Below are positions 1 through 13,257 of a stretch of 64,000 bases of DNA, one piece after another. The notes beneath the pieces are model-generated. The model had not been told where the DNA came from, did no database searches, and worked only from the letters and a program-made list of their open reading frames with translations. A program made the translations under genes and the position numbers. Location: positions 21,324-85,323 of the forward strand of contig JAJRWT010000051.1 in the NCBI GenBank assembly GCA_024276675.1, given 5' to 3'. Position 1 is the stretch's first letter; every line of letters begins with the position of its first letter. Origin of the DNA: Myxococcota bacterium. GTDB taxonomy: Bacteria > Myxococcota_A > UBA796 > JAFGLY01.

Positions 1-912
1 CAACTGGCCATCTTCGACGGCTCCACCCAGCAGCACGAGATCTGCCTGTACATGTTCTCCCAGGCTGGTGTAGAGATCGCGAGTCTGCTGGGATCTGCCC
101 CTGACGGAATCCGCGGGCTCAGTGACGATACGCTCGGTCAGCTCAGCCTTGAAGGTGGTTCGCGCTCCCGGTTCCACATCGATGGTGCCATGGGAACGGT
201 AGCCGTCTTCGTTGAAGACCAGGCAAAAGTGCGGCCCCGCGGGAAGCCCCGTGACGGTGGTGGGCGACTCCCCCACGCGCCGCCCGTCCAGAAACACAGT
301 GGCTCCGGGCGTGGCGGTGGTGATTTCGATGGCGCCCAGACCACGACCCATCACCTCGCTGTGGACCTGCAGGAAAAGGTCGATGATGCTGGGCGAATAG
401 TTGATGGGATTGAGTTGTAGAGCCGGGTCCATTGTCACGACCATGCCGAAGGATTCCTTTGCCAGGTCGGTTTCCCCCATGGCTTGGTGGCATAGAGCCT
501 TCAGGATGAGCGTGTCCATGAGTATGCGAGAGTCGGTGGTGGATGGCATACTGGATTCCAGGGAACTCACGGCCCTGTCGAGGAGGGGAATCGCCTGGTC
601 CGGGAGGGCCCTGTCGTAGAGAACCCTTGCTTTGTTGAGGAGTTCCTTTCCGGGGCCGAGGAAGGCTTCGTTCAAGATCAGCTCCTCGCGCCCCCTGATT
701 CTGGCAGCTACTCCATCGGGGCTCAGGGGAGCAAGTTTCCCCGACTCCGCGAGCGTGTCCACGAGGGCGGCTGCCGTCTTGCGCGCCTGTTCCTCGTCTT
801 GTCCAGAAAAGTGAAGGCCCACCACTGCAATTTCGGGGAGACTCGCCGCGTGGGAGATGGAGGTGGCGGGAAGAATGGCCAACAGGATCGTACGAAGGGC
901 CAGAGGGAGCAT
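1..912 (-). CDS. PEGA-domain exported protein; the ORF runs off the left edge, so its C-terminus lies outside the window
   Basis: Own translation of the minus strand from ATG at 912. It is absent from the ORF track because it has no stop in the window. N-terminus MLPLALRTILLAILPATSISHAASLP looks like a signal peptide. Helical TPR-like middle. PEGA-type motif ATVFLDGRRVGESPTTVTGLPAGPHFCLVF. Frame stays open to nt 1. Confidence 0.7.
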   Translation of the reverse strand, partial: MLPLALRTILLAILPATSISHAASLPEIAVVGLHFSGQDEEQARKTAAALVDTLAESGKLAPLSPDGVAARIRGREELILNEAFLGPGKELLNKARVLYDRALPDQAIPLLDRAVSSLESSMPSTTDSRILMDTLILKALCHQAMGETDLAKESFGMVVTMDPALQLNPINYSPSIIDLFLQVHSEVMGRGLGAIEITTATPGATVFLDGRRVGESPTTVTGLPAGPHFCLVFNEDGYRSHGTIDVEPGARTTFKAELTERIVTEPADSVRGRSQQTRDLYTSLGEHVQADLVLLGGAVEDGQL

Positions 913-1089
913 GTGGTTCTCCTGTGGCGCCCGGGGAGGGATGGCGATGAGATTCACAGCGCTTGGACGCAGGAGACAACATACCAGAGCAGGGCCTGGC
1001 CGGCGAGCCCCCATGGCGCCGGGCAAAGACTCGTTGATAGCTGCCTGGGCCTGTGATAGCCAGGGACATCAATCAACCCAGAGGTACCA

Positions 1090-1842
1090 ATGTCAGGCCA
1101 TAGCAAGTGGGCAAACATCAAGCGGCGGAAGGGTGCCCAGGACGCCGCACGTGGAAAGCTGTTCACCAAGATCATTCGCGAGATCACGGTGGCCGCCAGG
1201 ATGGGGGGTGGCGATCCAGCCTCCAACCCCAGGTTGCGAGCAGCCATCGACAAGGCCAAGGCAGCCTCCATGCCGCGCGACAACATTAAAAGGGCCGTGG
1301 CCAAGGGCTCCGGGAACCTCGATTCAGACAACTACGAAGAAGTCCAGTTCGAAGGGTATGGACCAGGTGGAGTCGCGGTCCTGGTCAGGGTCCTGACCGA
1401 CAACCGCAACCGCACCACCGCCGAGGTAAGGCACGCCTTCACCAAGAACGGCGGCAACTTGGGGACCACGGGTTGCGTGGGATACCTGTTCAACAGGTTG
1501 GGTGTCCTCACCTTCGACGCCTCGGGCGTGGACGAAGACGATCTCATGATGGAAGCCCTGGAGGCCGGAGCGGAAGACGTTGCTCGGGATGCCGATCAGT
1601 ACGAAGTAACTTGTGATCCCTCGGTTTTCGAAGAGTGCAGGACCCACCTGGAAAACGCCGGAATGTCTCCCATCTCGGCCGAGATCACCTGGGTTGCCTC
1701 CAACGACGTCAAGGTCCAGGGCAGACAGGTGGACCAGGTGATGCGGCTCATCGAGATGTTGGAAGATAGCGACGACGTGCAGAATGTATTCACCAACGCC
1801 GATATTTCCGACGCCGACATGGAGCGTCTGAGCCAGGCATGA
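1090..1842 (+). CDS. yebC: YebC/PmpR (TACO1) family transcriptional regulator
   Basis: MSGHSKWANIKRRKG...RLRAAIDKAKAASMPRDNIKRAV is the hallmark family N-terminus. It sits upstream of ruvCAB, the usual synteny. Confidence 0.95.
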   Translation: MSGHSKWANIKRRKGAQDAARGKLFTKIIREITVAARMGGGDPASNPRLRAAIDKAKAASMPRDNIKRAVAKGSGNLDSDNYEEVQFEGYGPGGVAVLVRVLTDNRNRTTAEVRHAFTKNGGNLGTTGCVGYLFNRLGVLTFDASGVDEDDLMMEALEAGAEDVARDADQYEVTCDPSVFEECRTHLENAGMSPISAEITWVASNDVKVQGRQVDQVMRLIEMLEDSDDVQNVFTNADISDADMERLSQA

Positions 1843-2031
1843 ACGAGCCGGGTTACATTGTTCCCACGGCGGGGCGTTTCGCCGGGGCCAAAGGTTCAAC
1901 CCTGGTTCCTGGACCGCTCCAGGGATGGCCAGCGGATTTCGGTGCAACACCTGCTGCCCGCATGGTTGTTTCCCTCCTGTTGCCAGGACTCCACCGGAAC
2001 TGGACTTCACCGGAGCCTGAAAGGAACCCTG

Positions 2032-2553
2032 ATGCTGGTGCTGGGAGTGGACCCCGGAAGCAGGACGACCGGCTGGGGGCTGGTGACCCGCCACCGAGGC
2101 GGCTACAAGCACCTGGCCTCAGGGGCCATACATGCCACCGTCACCGAAGGTCTTGCCAACAGGGTGTTGTTCATTCACCGTGGGGTCTCCGAGGTCATCA
2201 GCCGCTACCAACCCGACGTGGTGGCAGTCGAGGCCATCTTCCACCACCGCTCGGCTGACAGCGCGCTGAAGCTGGGCCATGCTCGGGGAGTGGTATTGTT
2301 GGCGGCGGCCGAGGCAGGCCTTTCCATCTACGAGTACGCCCCGGCGCACATCAAGAAAGCCGTGTCTGGCTATGGCAGGGCGGACAAGGCGCAGGTGGCG
2401 CGAATGGTCGAGATGCTCCTGGGTGAAACCATGACCGGCACCTTCGACATTACCGATGCCCTGGCAGTGGCGATAACACACCTGGCCCACGGCCCCGCAG
2501 GAAACATGCGTGTTGTGGAGCCGGGGCCCGCGGGAACGGGAGGTGGCTGTTGA
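2032..2553 (+). CDS. ruvC: Holliday junction resolvase RuvC
   Basis: Internal ATG at 2032 gives MLVLGVDPGSRTTGWGLV (RuvC catalytic Asp motif). The upstream part of ORF 1858..2553 looks non-coding. The stop overlaps the ruvA start (TTGA). Confidence 0.93.
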   Translation: MLVLGVDPGSRTTGWGLVTRHRGGYKHLASGAIHATVTEGLANRVLFIHRGVSEVISRYQPDVVAVEAIFHHRSADSALKLGHARGVVLLAAAEAGLSIYEYAPAHIKKAVSGYGRADKAQVARMVEMLLGETMTGTFDITDALAVAITHLAHGPAGNMRVVEPGPAGTGGGC

Positions 2554-3158
2554 TTGCGTGGTTGAAGGGTGTCGTTTTGTTCAAGGACAGGTCTTCCCTG
2601 GTGCTGGACGTAAACGGCGTGGGATACCTGGTACAGGTCACCACCGGCACCCTGCGGGGAGCCCAGCCCGGTGAAGAGGTCAGCCTTCACGTCCACACCC
2701 AGGTCCGTGAAGACGCTATACAGCTTTTCGGTTTTTCCGACCCCCTGGAAAGGACGGTCTTCGAGACCCTGTTGGCTGTAAACAAGGTGGGGACCCGCGT
2801 TGCCATGGCGGTCCTTTCCACGCTGCGCCCCTGGGATCTCTCCAGGGCCGTTGAAACCGCCGACCTGCCCACGCTCCAGCGCGTTCCGGGCGTGGGCAAG
2901 CGGCTGGCGCAGCGGCTCTCCCTGGAACTGGCGGGGAAACTGGACGTTGAGCCACCACCGGGTGAAGCAGCGCAAGCCGGGCAGGTCCCCCCCAAAACTG
3001 ACCAACGCCTTTCGTTGGCGCTGGCACAACTGGGCTTCAGACGTTCCGAGATGGAGCCCGTACTGGAAAGAGTGTCCAGGGAACCCGGGCCGGATGCGAC
3101 TCTGGAGGAACGCCTTCGGGCTGCACTCAAGTTATTGAGTGCCGGTGCTTCACGTTGA
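2550..3158 (+). CDS. ruvA: Holliday junction branch migration complex subunit RuvA
   Basis: MIAWLKGVV...[10 protein letters not shown], then helix-hairpin-helix region [18 protein letters not shown] start overlaps the ruvC stop. Confidence 0.93.
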   Translation: MIAWLKGVVLFKDRSSLVLDVNGVGYLVQVTTGTLRGAQPGEEVSLHVHTQVREDAIQLFGFSDPLERTVFETLLAVNKVGTRVAMAVLSTLRPWDLSRAVETADLPTLQRVPGVGKRLAQRLSLELAGKLDVEPPPGEAAQAGQVPPKTDQRLSLALAQLGFRRSEMEPVLERVSREPGPDATLEERLRAALKLLSAGASR

Positions 3159-3186
3159 ATCCCCGCTCCCTGCAAGGAGGCCGTTG

Positions 3187-4194
3187 GTGAGTAGACTGCT
3201 TGACCCGGAACAGCCGGAGTATGGCGACCCGGCCCTTCGACCCCGTAACTTGAACGAATACGTGGGCCAGGTGCGCATCAAGGAAAACCTCCGCGTCTAC
3301 ATGAGAGCCGCCCTGGCCAGGGGCGAAGCCCTGGACCATGTGCTCCTTGCGGGGCCTCCTGGATTGGGGAAAACCAGTTTGGCCTATATTATTGCCGAGG
3401 AGCTGGGGACCCGTCTTCGCACTGCCAGCGGGCCGACCATCGAACGTGGCGGGGATCTGGCCGCCATTCTCACCAGCCTGGAACCCAGGGAGGTTCTTTT
3501 CATCGACGAAATCCACAGGCTCAACAGGGCGGTGGAGGAGATCCTCTATCCAGCGATGGAAGACTACCAGCTCGATATCGTGCTGGGGCAGGGTCCGGCT
3601 GCCCAGTCCTTGAAAGTCGCCATCTCTCCATTCACCCTCGTGGGAGCCACCACCAGGGCAGGTCTCCTGACCTCGCCTCTGTTGGCTCGTTTCGGTATAC
3701 ATTGCACCCTGGACCTTTACCAGGTGTCCGAACTCCACGAGATCCTGCTACGTTCCGCCGACCGCATGGGACTGGAGATCACGGCCAGTGGTGCCACGGA
3801 GCTGGCGGCACGGTCCAGGGGTACTCCGCGAATAGCCAATCGGCTGCTCCGGCGCGTCAGGGATTTCGCCCAGGTGGAAGGTGATGGAACCGTGGACTTG
3901 CACATCACCAGGTCGGCCCTGGAGCGCCTGGAGGTGGACCAGGCGGGTCTGGACAAGATGGACAGGAGAATCCTGCAAACCATCGCGCACAAGTTCGACG
4001 GTGGGCCGGTGGGGCTGGAGAACCTGGCGGCTGCCACGGGCGAAGAAAGAGACACGATAGAAGACGTCTACGAGCCCTACCTCATTCGCGAGGGTTACGT
4101 ACAGCGGACCCCCAGAGGCAGGATTCTCACCAGTCGTGGCCGTGAACACGTGGGCATGGCGGTGGAACCCCGGCAGGAGGACCTGTTTTCATGA
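3187..4194 (+). CDS. ruvB: Holliday junction DNA helicase RuvB
   Basis: [12 protein letters not shown]..., Walker [20 protein letters not shown]. Start placed at GTG 3187, which is 6 nt after AAGGAGG (3174-3180). The track ORF starts at 3139. Confidence 0.95.
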   Translation: MSRLLDPEQPEYGDPALRPRNLNEYVGQVRIKENLRVYMRAALARGEALDHVLLAGPPGLGKTSLAYIIAEELGTRLRTASGPTIERGGDLAAILTSLEPREVLFIDEIHRLNRAVEEILYPAMEDYQLDIVLGQGPAAQSLKVAISPFTLVGATTRAGLLTSPLLARFGIHCTLDLYQVSELHEILLRSADRMGLEITASGATELAARSRGTPRIANRLLRRVRDFAQVEGDGTVDLHITRSALERLEVDQAGLDKMDRRILQTIAHKFDGGPVGLENLAAATGEERDTIEDVYEPYLIREGYVQRTPRGRILTSRGREHVGMAVEPRQEDLFS

Positions 4195-4625
4195 TTGTCA
4201 CTGGGAGTTTCCTGTTGCTCTCTTCGTTGGGGGCCTGCACCCACGAAGCCAGGCTTCCAACTCTCCGCATCACGCTGGGAGAGCAGCGCATCAGGGTCGA
4301 GGTGGCCGACGAGCCCGCCGAACGTAGCCAGGGCCTGCAATACCGCAAGACCCTGGGCGCCGATCGTGGAATGCTTTTTGTCTATCCCGACGAAGCTCCA
4401 CGCTCGTTCTGGATGGAATACACCACCATTCCCCTGTCAATCGCCTTCATCGACAAATCCGGGCGGGTCTTTCACATGGCGGATATGAGTCCCCTGGACA
4501 GAAGTACCGTTTCTTCCCACGGAGAAGCCCAGTACGCCCTGGAGATGAACCAGGGCTGGTTCGTCGCGCACGATGTGGGCCCGGGCTCCATGGTCTCGGG
4601 CCTGCCCGATCCCTCGAAAAACTAG
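4191..4625 (+). CDS. DUF192 (COG1430) family exported protein, probable lipoprotein
   Basis: Signal peptide ending [22 protein letters not shown]...GMLFVY...[16 protein letters not shown] matches the DUF192 core. ATGA overlap with the ruvB stop. Confidence 0.85.
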   Translation: MIVTGSFLLLSSLGACTHEARLPTLRITLGEQRIRVEVADEPAERSQGLQYRKTLGADRGMLFVYPDEAPRSFWMEYTTIPLSIAFIDKSGRVFHMADMSPLDRSTVSSHGEAQYALEMNQGWFVAHDVGPGSMVSGLPDPSKN

Positions 4626-4716
4626 CCACACCCATACAACGCCGTCGCCTGTGGGCGAGTTCCCATGGACATGTACTTGTTCAACCGCGTATGCCGCACC
4701 TACACCGGAGAATTGG

Positions 4717-5589
4717 ATGTACCTGCAAGGCACCATAGGTGCCTCGTTCACCGAAGAGGGTCGGGGAATACACAGCGGTGAGCCATCGTCTGTGACCATC
4801 TGCCCCGCTCCCGCCGGACATGGCCTGATTTTCCAGAGGGTGGATCTGCCGGATCCGTTCCCGATTCCGGCCTTGGCGGCCAACGTGGTGAGTACACGCC
4901 TGGCCACTTCCATCGGTGTCGGAGGGCAGGTGGTATCCATGGTGGAGCATCTGCTGGCTGCCCTGCTTGCTGCCAGGATCGACAATGCCAGAATTCTTGT
5001 GGATGGGCCAGAGATCCCGGCCCTGGATGGTTCTTCCCAGCGATGGCTTCAAGGGATCAAGGCGGCCGGGCGAACACGGCAGGCGGCTCCCAGGCGCAGC
5101 CTGGTGGTGCGGAGGCCCGTGCTGGTCCAGCACGGGCCGAGAAAAGCCAGCTTGCTACCCTCCGATTCTCTCCAGATCTCGGTTTTGGTGGACTATGACC
5201 ATCCACTGTTGAGACGGCGCAGTCTGGACCTGGATCTATCGGACGGTGCCTTCAAGCGGGAACTCTGCTGGGCGCGAACATTCGCTTTTTCGTGGGAGAT
5301 CGAGGCCCTGCGCAAGGCGGGCTACATCAAGGGTGGTTCGCTCGAGAACGCCGTCCTGTTCGACAGGGATGGCGTGGTCAATCCCGAGGGGCTGCGCGCT
5401 GCCGATGAAGCCGCCCGCCACAAGGCGCTGGACGCTATGGGCGATCTTGCCCTGGTGGGTATGCCGCTGCGTGCAAGGTTGGAAACAACCATGCCCGGGC
5501 ACACACTTCACGTTGCGCTTCTACGCGAACTACTGGCCAGGCCCGAGGCCTGGAGCATTGAAGACCGACCTGGAACCGAAGGAAACTGA
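4717..5589 (+). CDS. lpxC: UDP-3-O-acyl-N-acetylglucosamine deacetylase LpxC
   Basis: MYLQGTIGASFTEEGRGIHSGEPSSVTICPA...GLIFQRVDL, and HKALDAMGDLAL (the HKxxD zinc/catalytic motif). Start moved to internal ATG 4717. Confidence 0.92.
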   Translation: MYLQGTIGASFTEEGRGIHSGEPSSVTICPAPAGHGLIFQRVDLPDPFPIPALAANVVSTRLATSIGVGGQVVSMVEHLLAALLAARIDNARILVDGPEIPALDGSSQRWLQGIKAAGRTRQAAPRRSLVVRRPVLVQHGPRKASLLPSDSLQISVLVDYDHPLLRRRSLDLDLSDGAFKRELCWARTFAFSWEIEALRKAGYIKGGSLENAVLFDRDGVVNPEGLRAADEAARHKALDAMGDLALVGMPLRARLETTMPGHTLHVALLRELLARPEAWSIEDRPGTEGN

Positions 5590-5981
5590 TGTGGGCAGAC
5601 CTTGCCCCCGGGAAGGTTGGCACCTTTCAGCGGGGAGCCCCGGTCAAGGGCGCTTTGGGCGGGGGCGAGGAGCTGGACGCCACTGCATGATGTACCTCCG
5701 GGCGATGGAAGGTCTATTGTAGACCCCTCTATTCCATAGCAATAATGTTCGACGAGCAAGCCTTTGTCAATGTAGATGGTTCCAAAGTGGGACGGCAGTC
5801 ACCCGAAACCGGCTAAAACACCCGACGATATCCTGGCCCAGGAACCCACCCAGCAAGGGAAGAACGTTTCTTGTCTCTCCTCCACGCCCATGCCTTTTCC
5901 GGCTCCCCGCTCCCACGCCTTCCCGGCGTTCCTCCATACCCCTGCGGCGAACTCCAGGCATGGCGAGGTCGTTCGTTCTGG

Positions 5982-6812
5982 ATGCCTCCCTACGACAGCC
6001 GACTGGAACCCCTCTTCAGGGGTGGAACTCCGCCCAGCCCTGCATTCCACAATCTCGTGGGAGCGGCGAGGCTGTGGGAAGAGCATCCCGGCTGGATGGA
6101 CTTCCTGGATCCTGCCAGCCCGGCGCATGACTTCAAGCTGCTGGAACGAGATCTCTACCTGCATCTCTGGGAGGAGTACATGGCATCGGCGGGGCGAATA
6201 CTGGACCTGGGTGGAGGTATAGGCAGGTTTACCCAGTGGTTCCTGGCCAGGGGGCTGGAGGTGGAACTGGTGGATCCCGATTTGAGGAGCCTGTGGCGTG
6301 CTCTACAGCATTCTGCCGGGGGGGAAGGCAGGCTGGATCTGCATTGGAGCACCGCCGAATACCTTCCCCCGATGCGACCGTTCGACCTCGTGCTGGCAGC
6401 CGAGGTACTGTGCTACGTGGAAGATCCGGTGAAGGCACTGGAGAGTGCCTGGCAACTGCTGGTACCTGGTGGATACCTGTTGGCCAGCGTGGAAGCGCGC
6501 TATGGTTGGGTCTCGGCCTTGGACGTACCAGGGGGCACCTTGCCCGCCTTCTTCGACGATGGAGTTGTTTTCGTTCCCGGGGATCGCTGGGTACGGACCT
6601 TCCAACGGCAGGAATTCACGGAGCTTCTGGAACCTCGTTTCGAAGTGATGGAAATCGTTCCCACCCACTACGTGTCCGGGGGGCCCTTCGAAGCCGCTGC
6701 CAGGGTGGGCAACATCCGCGAGATGCTGCGATGGGAAACCCGTTGCAGATCCCACCCGATGACACGGCAGTGGAATCGGGCATGGACCGCCGTCGCCCGG
6801 AAACCCGCGTAA
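5982..6812 (+). CDS. class I SAM-dependent methyltransferase
   Basis: Motif I ILDLGGGIGRFTQWFLARGLEVELVDPD. Start is uncertain: the track ORF begins at 5871, and ATG 5982 was chosen. Confidence 0.8.
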   Translation: MPPYDSRLEPLFRGGTPPSPAFHNLVGAARLWEEHPGWMDFLDPASPAHDFKLLERDLYLHLWEEYMASAGRILDLGGGIGRFTQWFLARGLEVELVDPDLRSLWRALQHSAGGEGRLDLHWSTAEYLPPMRPFDLVLAAEVLCYVEDPVKALESAWQLLVPGGYLLASVEARYGWVSALDVPGGTLPAFFDDGVVFVPGDRWVRTFQRQEFTELLEPRFEVMEIVPTHYVSGGPFEAAARVGNIREMLRWETRCRSHPMTRQWNRAWTAVARKPA

Positions 6813-6840
6813 CAGTTTCCAGGAAAAAGGAGCAGCTTCC

Positions 6841-8412
6841 ATGCGTGTCCTCCTGGTGCAGCCTCCCCGAAGGTACTGGCCATACGTAAGCGAAGGCGAC
6901 AACTTCATGCTTCCACAGGCGCTTCCAGCCCTTGCGGCTCCATTGCGCGAAGCAGGGGTGGAGGTCGCGTTGCTGGATTGCATGCCCCTGAAGATCGGCT
7001 GGCGTTCGCTGGCCGATTTCGTGCGAGAGTTTGATCCACAGGTGGTGGCCTGTGGGGAGAACCACGCCCTGTATGCCTCCGAGGCTCTCCGTTTTTTCAA
7101 GATGTGCAAGGAGGTCGTTCCTGCTGCCTACACCGTCGCGGGTGGAGCCCACTTCTCGAACCTCTGGAGGCACTACCTGGGAGGGAAGCGGCCGGAGGAT
7201 GTTCCTGGCAAGACCGCCGCTGCCCCCGGCTGCCTGGACATAGTCGTCATAGGTGAGGGCGAGCAGACCTTCTTGGAGTTGTGCCTGGAACTCTCAAAGG
7301 CGTCACCGGATCTTGGCAAGGTTGACGGAATCGCCTATCGCGTGGAAGGCCAGGTTGTTCAAAACGATCCCAGGAAGCTCATCCAGGACCTGGACTCTCT
7401 GCCCCTTCCCGCCTACGACTTGCTGCCCGTCCATCTCTACGGGCGGAGCAGGTTCTTGTTCAGTCCGGGGGGGACCACCATACACCACAGCCGCGGATGT
7501 ACCTCTGGATGCAGCTTCTGTGCCTGGTGGACCACCATGGCCCACCGTGGACGTGGCGCCGACGGCAAGACCAGGCTGCTTCCCCATTGGCGAACCAAGA
7601 GCCCTGCCAGGGCCATGGAAGAGGTGGAGCTGCTCCATGATAGATACGGAAAGCGCTCCCTGGTCTGGGTGGACGCGAGTTGGAACCTGGACCCGCGCTT
7701 CAACGACTCCTTCGCGGAAATGCTTCTTCGGTCACGCATGAAGCTTGACTGGTTCGCCTTCATGCGCGCCGACTGCCTGGTGCGCGACGAAGAGTCGGGC
7801 ATCCTTGAAAAGCTTGTGCGAGCGGGCCTGTCGCATGTGTGCATAGGGGTCGAAAGAGCCGAGGACAAACAGCTCCAGGCCATGGACAAGCCGTTCTACA
7901 GCGGTGGAGTTGCAGAGAGGGCCGTGGGAATACTCAGGCGCCGCTACCCGGGGGTTTTCGTGCAGACCACCTTTATCGTGGGAGTCAGGGACGAAACCAG
8001 GGAATCGCTGAGACGGCAGGCTGAACTGGCCCAGCGACTGGACGTGGATTTTCCGGCCTTTCATCCCATCACCCCCGTGCCGGGGACACGACTGTACCAA
8101 CGGGCCATCGAGGAAGGGTGGCTGAAGGACGCCGACTTCGACGACTTCGACTGGCTCACGCCCCTGGTGGACAGCCGTTTCCTCACGCGGGACGAGATCG
8201 CCGACGCCCTGTACGAACTCAACAAGATATTCGTCAACCCCAGGTGGCTGATCAGGGGAATGTTGAGCCCGGTTCGCTACAGGCGCGCCATGTACACCTG
8301 GTTCGCAATAGTGTCGGCGCGAATGGCCCTCGACTCCCTTCGCATGAGGCTCGATCCTTTCAAGGTCCGCAGCTACCAACGCCTGGTGACCCCCCCGTGG
8401 TACGAGACCTGA
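6841..8412 (+). CDS. B12-binding-domain radical SAM enzyme
   Basis: N-terminal Rossmann-like B12-binding part (MRVLLVQPP...VVACGENH...VVIGEGE). Radical SAM cluster motif RGCTSGCSFCAWW (CxxxCxxC). Confidence 0.88.
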   Translation: MRVLLVQPPRRYWPYVSEGDNFMLPQALPALAAPLREAGVEVALLDCMPLKIGWRSLADFVREFDPQVVACGENHALYASEALRFFKMCKEVVPAAYTVAGGAHFSNLWRHYLGGKRPEDVPGKTAAAPGCLDIVVIGEGEQTFLELCLELSKASPDLGKVDGIAYRVEGQVVQNDPRKLIQDLDSLPLPAYDLLPVHLYGRSRFLFSPGGTTIHHSRGCTSGCSFCAWWTTMAHRGRGADGKTRLLPHWRTKSPARAMEEVELLHDRYGKRSLVWVDASWNLDPRFNDSFAEMLLRSRMKLDWFAFMRADCLVRDEESGILEKLVRAGLSHVCIGVERAEDKQLQAMDKPFYSGGVAERAVGILRRRYPGVFVQTTFIVGVRDETRESLRRQAELAQRLDVDFPAFHPITPVPGTRLYQRAIEEGWLKDADFDDFDWLTPLVDSRFLTRDEIADALYELNKIFVNPRWLIRGMLSPVRYRRAMYTWFAIVSARMALDSLRMRLDPFKVRSYQRLVTPPWYET

Positions 8413-8430
8413 AACAGCCCGGAGTACCGC

Positions 8431-9078
8431 ATGGCACTTGCTTTCTTCGACCTGGACGGAACCGTTATCTCTGTGAACTCGGCTTCCTTGTGGATCAGGA
8501 GGGAGTACGAGCTTGGAAGGATTGGCGCCTCCAGACTCGTCGAGGCAGCCTTATGGTTCAGCCTCTATCGCGTGGGCCTCACCCGCATGGAGAGCGCTCT
8601 GCACAGGGCAGCCGCCACCCTGAAGGGCGCCAGCGAGGAGCAACTGGCCCAGGAAACCAGGCAGTTCTGGGAAGAACGGGTGAAGGTCTCGATACGCCAT
8701 GGCGCTCGCCGCGCGGTGGATCGGCACAGGCGTCGGGGAGACAGGATCGTACTCCTGACCTCCAGTTCACCATATATCTCCGCCCCCGCGGTGGAAGACC
8801 TGGGAATGGACGACTTCGTTTGTACGCGGTTTCAGGTCCATGGAGGGCGGCTGACGGGCAGGATCCTGCTCCCCATATGCTACGGCCCGGGCAAGCTCCA
8901 ACGTGCGCGGGCCTACGCTGACCAACTGGACGAGGACCTGGGAGAGGCCACATTCTACACCGACAGCATGGCTGACAGGCAGGTATTGGAAGCCGTGGGG
9001 CACCCCGTGTGTGTGTCACCCGATCCCAGGCTTGCACGATTGGCAAGACGAAGTGGATGGCTGGTTCAAGGATGGTGA
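8431..9078 (+). CDS. HAD-IB family hydrolase (phosphatase)
   Basis: MALAFFDLDGTV (DxDGT motif I), LLTSSS (motif II), FYTDSMADRQVLE (motif IV-like). Confidence 0.85.
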   Translation: MALAFFDLDGTVISVNSASLWIRREYELGRIGASRLVEAALWFSLYRVGLTRMESALHRAAATLKGASEEQLAQETRQFWEERVKVSIRHGARRAVDRHRRRGDRIVLLTSSSPYISAPAVEDLGMDDFVCTRFQVHGGRLTGRILLPICYGPGKLQRARAYADQLDEDLGEATFYTDSMADRQVLEAVGHPVCVSPDPRLARLARRSGWLVQGW

Positions 9079-9103
9079 AGAACCGGGCTTTGTCGGGGTA
9101 GGT

Positions 9104-10486
9104 TCAGCTCTCCTGTCGCAACAGGTCCAGCACCTCGCGGAGGCGCCTCACACCTGTTGTCTCCATGCCCCCGGGAGCATCAGCCGCGGCGGCACGTGGA
9201 ATGATGGCTCTTCGGAAACCGTGTCGCCACGCCTCTTTCAGGCGTAGTGCGCTATAGGATACCCCGCGAACTTCGCCTGTCAGACCCACTTCACCGAAAA
9301 GAACGGTGTCGGGTCTTATCGGTCTATTTCGCAGGCTGGAGGCCAGGGCCGCGGCGAGCCCCAGGTCGGCGGCAGGTTCGTGGAGTTTCACGCCTCCGGC
9401 CGCGTTCACGTAGACATCTCGCTCGGCGAGGGAGAGACCCGCCTTGTCCATGACGGCAAGGAGCAGGTTCACGCGTGCCCTGTCCAGGCCAAGAGCCGTG
9501 CGGGTGGGGTTGCCTGGAACGACCCGCCCAACGAGAGCCTGGACCTCGGTGAGAAGCGGTCGTGTACCCTCCATTCCGGCCACGACCGCCGTCCCGGCAG
9601 CGTCCGGTTCCCGTTCCGCGAGAAGTCTTGCGCTGGGGTCGGGCACCTGGACCAGGCCGGCTTCGGTCATCTCGAAGATGCCCAATTCGCCAGTAGGGCC
9701 GAAGCGGTTTTTCACGGCTCTCAGGAGCCTCAGGGGAGAGCGGCCGTCGCATTCGAAGTAGATGACCGTGTCAACCAGGTGTTCCAGCACTCGCGGACCG
9801 GCCAGGGTCCCTTCGCGGGTGACGTGGCCCACCAGGATCGTCGCCACGTCCAGGCGCTTGGCGATTGTCAGGGCCCGGTCGGCAACGGCCCGCACCTGGA
9901 GAACGCTTCCGGGACTGCTCTCCAACCCAGGCGAGCGCAAGACCTGTATGGAGTCCAGAACCAGGAAACGCGGTTTGACGGAGGAGAGAGCCGCATCCAC
10001 TGCGTCCATGTCCGTTGTGGCCAACAGGTAGAGTGAGTCGGTATCGAGCCCCAGTCTTTCAGCTCGAATGCGGACCTGGTTGGAGGACTCTTCGCCCGTG
10101 ACGTAGAGCGCTGGAAGACCCTTGTTGGCGAGTCGTACCAGCGTAGCCAGCAGCAAGGTGGATTTTCCGACACCCGGGTCTCCTCCCAGGAGCATCAAGG
10201 CGCCGCTCACCATGCCGCCTCCCAGCACACGGTCCAACTCCGCGAACCCGGTGCGAAGCCGCACCTGGGCCAGTGGTCCAGTGGGTACCTGGTCAAGGCG
10301 AACCGGTTGTGGAAAAGGAATAGAGGATGGTTGGGGCGAACGATCCCTTCTGGGCCTGCCGCCCACGGCTTCCGGGGCCATCCGGACCAATGTATTCCAC
10401 TGGTGGCAGCGAGGACATTGTCCGAACCAGTTGGATTGCTCGACCTGGCAGTTGGAGCAGCGATAACTTACGTGACTTCGCGGCAT
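9104..10486 (-). CDS. radA: DNA repair protein RadA/Sms
   Basis: Zinc ribbon YRCSNCQ...GQCPRCHQWNTL, Walker A GGDPGVGKSTLLL, KNRFGPTGE motif, Lon-like C-terminus. Start moved to ATG 10486. Confidence 0.95.
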   Translation of the reverse strand: MPRSHVSYRCSNCQVEQSNWFGQCPRCHQWNTLVRMAPEAVGGRPRRDRSPQPSSIPFPQPVRLDQVPTGPLAQVRLRTGFAELDRVLGGGMVSGALMLLGGDPGVGKSTLLLATLVRLANKGLPALYVTGEESSNQVRIRAERLGLDTDSLYLLATTDMDAVDAALSSVKPRFLVLDSIQVLRSPGLESSPGSVLQVRAVADRALTIAKRLDVATILVGHVTREGTLAGPRVLEHLVDTVIYFECDGRSPLRLLRAVKNRFGPTGELGIFEMTEAGLVQVPDPSARLLAEREPDAAGTAVVAGMEGTRPLLTEVQALVGRVVPGNPTRTALGLDRARVNLLLAVMDKAGLSLAERDVYVNAAGGVKLHEPAADLGLAAALASSLRNRPIRPDTVLFGEVGLTGEVRGVSYSALRLKEAWRHGFRRAIIPRAAAADAPGGMETTGVRRLREVLDLLRQES

Positions 10487-10602
10487 GGCGGATTGCGACC
10501 TGGTAAGAGGGATACGAGCAGACAACACTGCCATGGCGAGGAGCTTGCGGTACACCCGTCGTCGGTTTAGGTGTACAGTCGTCTGGAAAGGAGTTGCTCG
10601 CA

Positions 10603-13257
<2,655 letters not shown>

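Noticed and set aside
5618-5632. Sigma-54-like TGGCAC-N-GC element just after lpxC.
   Set aside because: The GG-to-GC spacing is 9 nt rather than 10, and the -12 element reads AGCG, not TTGC. No enhancer-binding protein gene is nearby.
5610-5690. Possible cobalamin riboswitch ahead of the B12-radical-SAM cassette (GGGAAGG at 5610, GCCACTG at 5679).
   Set aside because: The spacing between the two elements is far too long. The GGUG..AA.UCC core and a B12 box (AGYCMGGAGACCKGCC-like) are missing.
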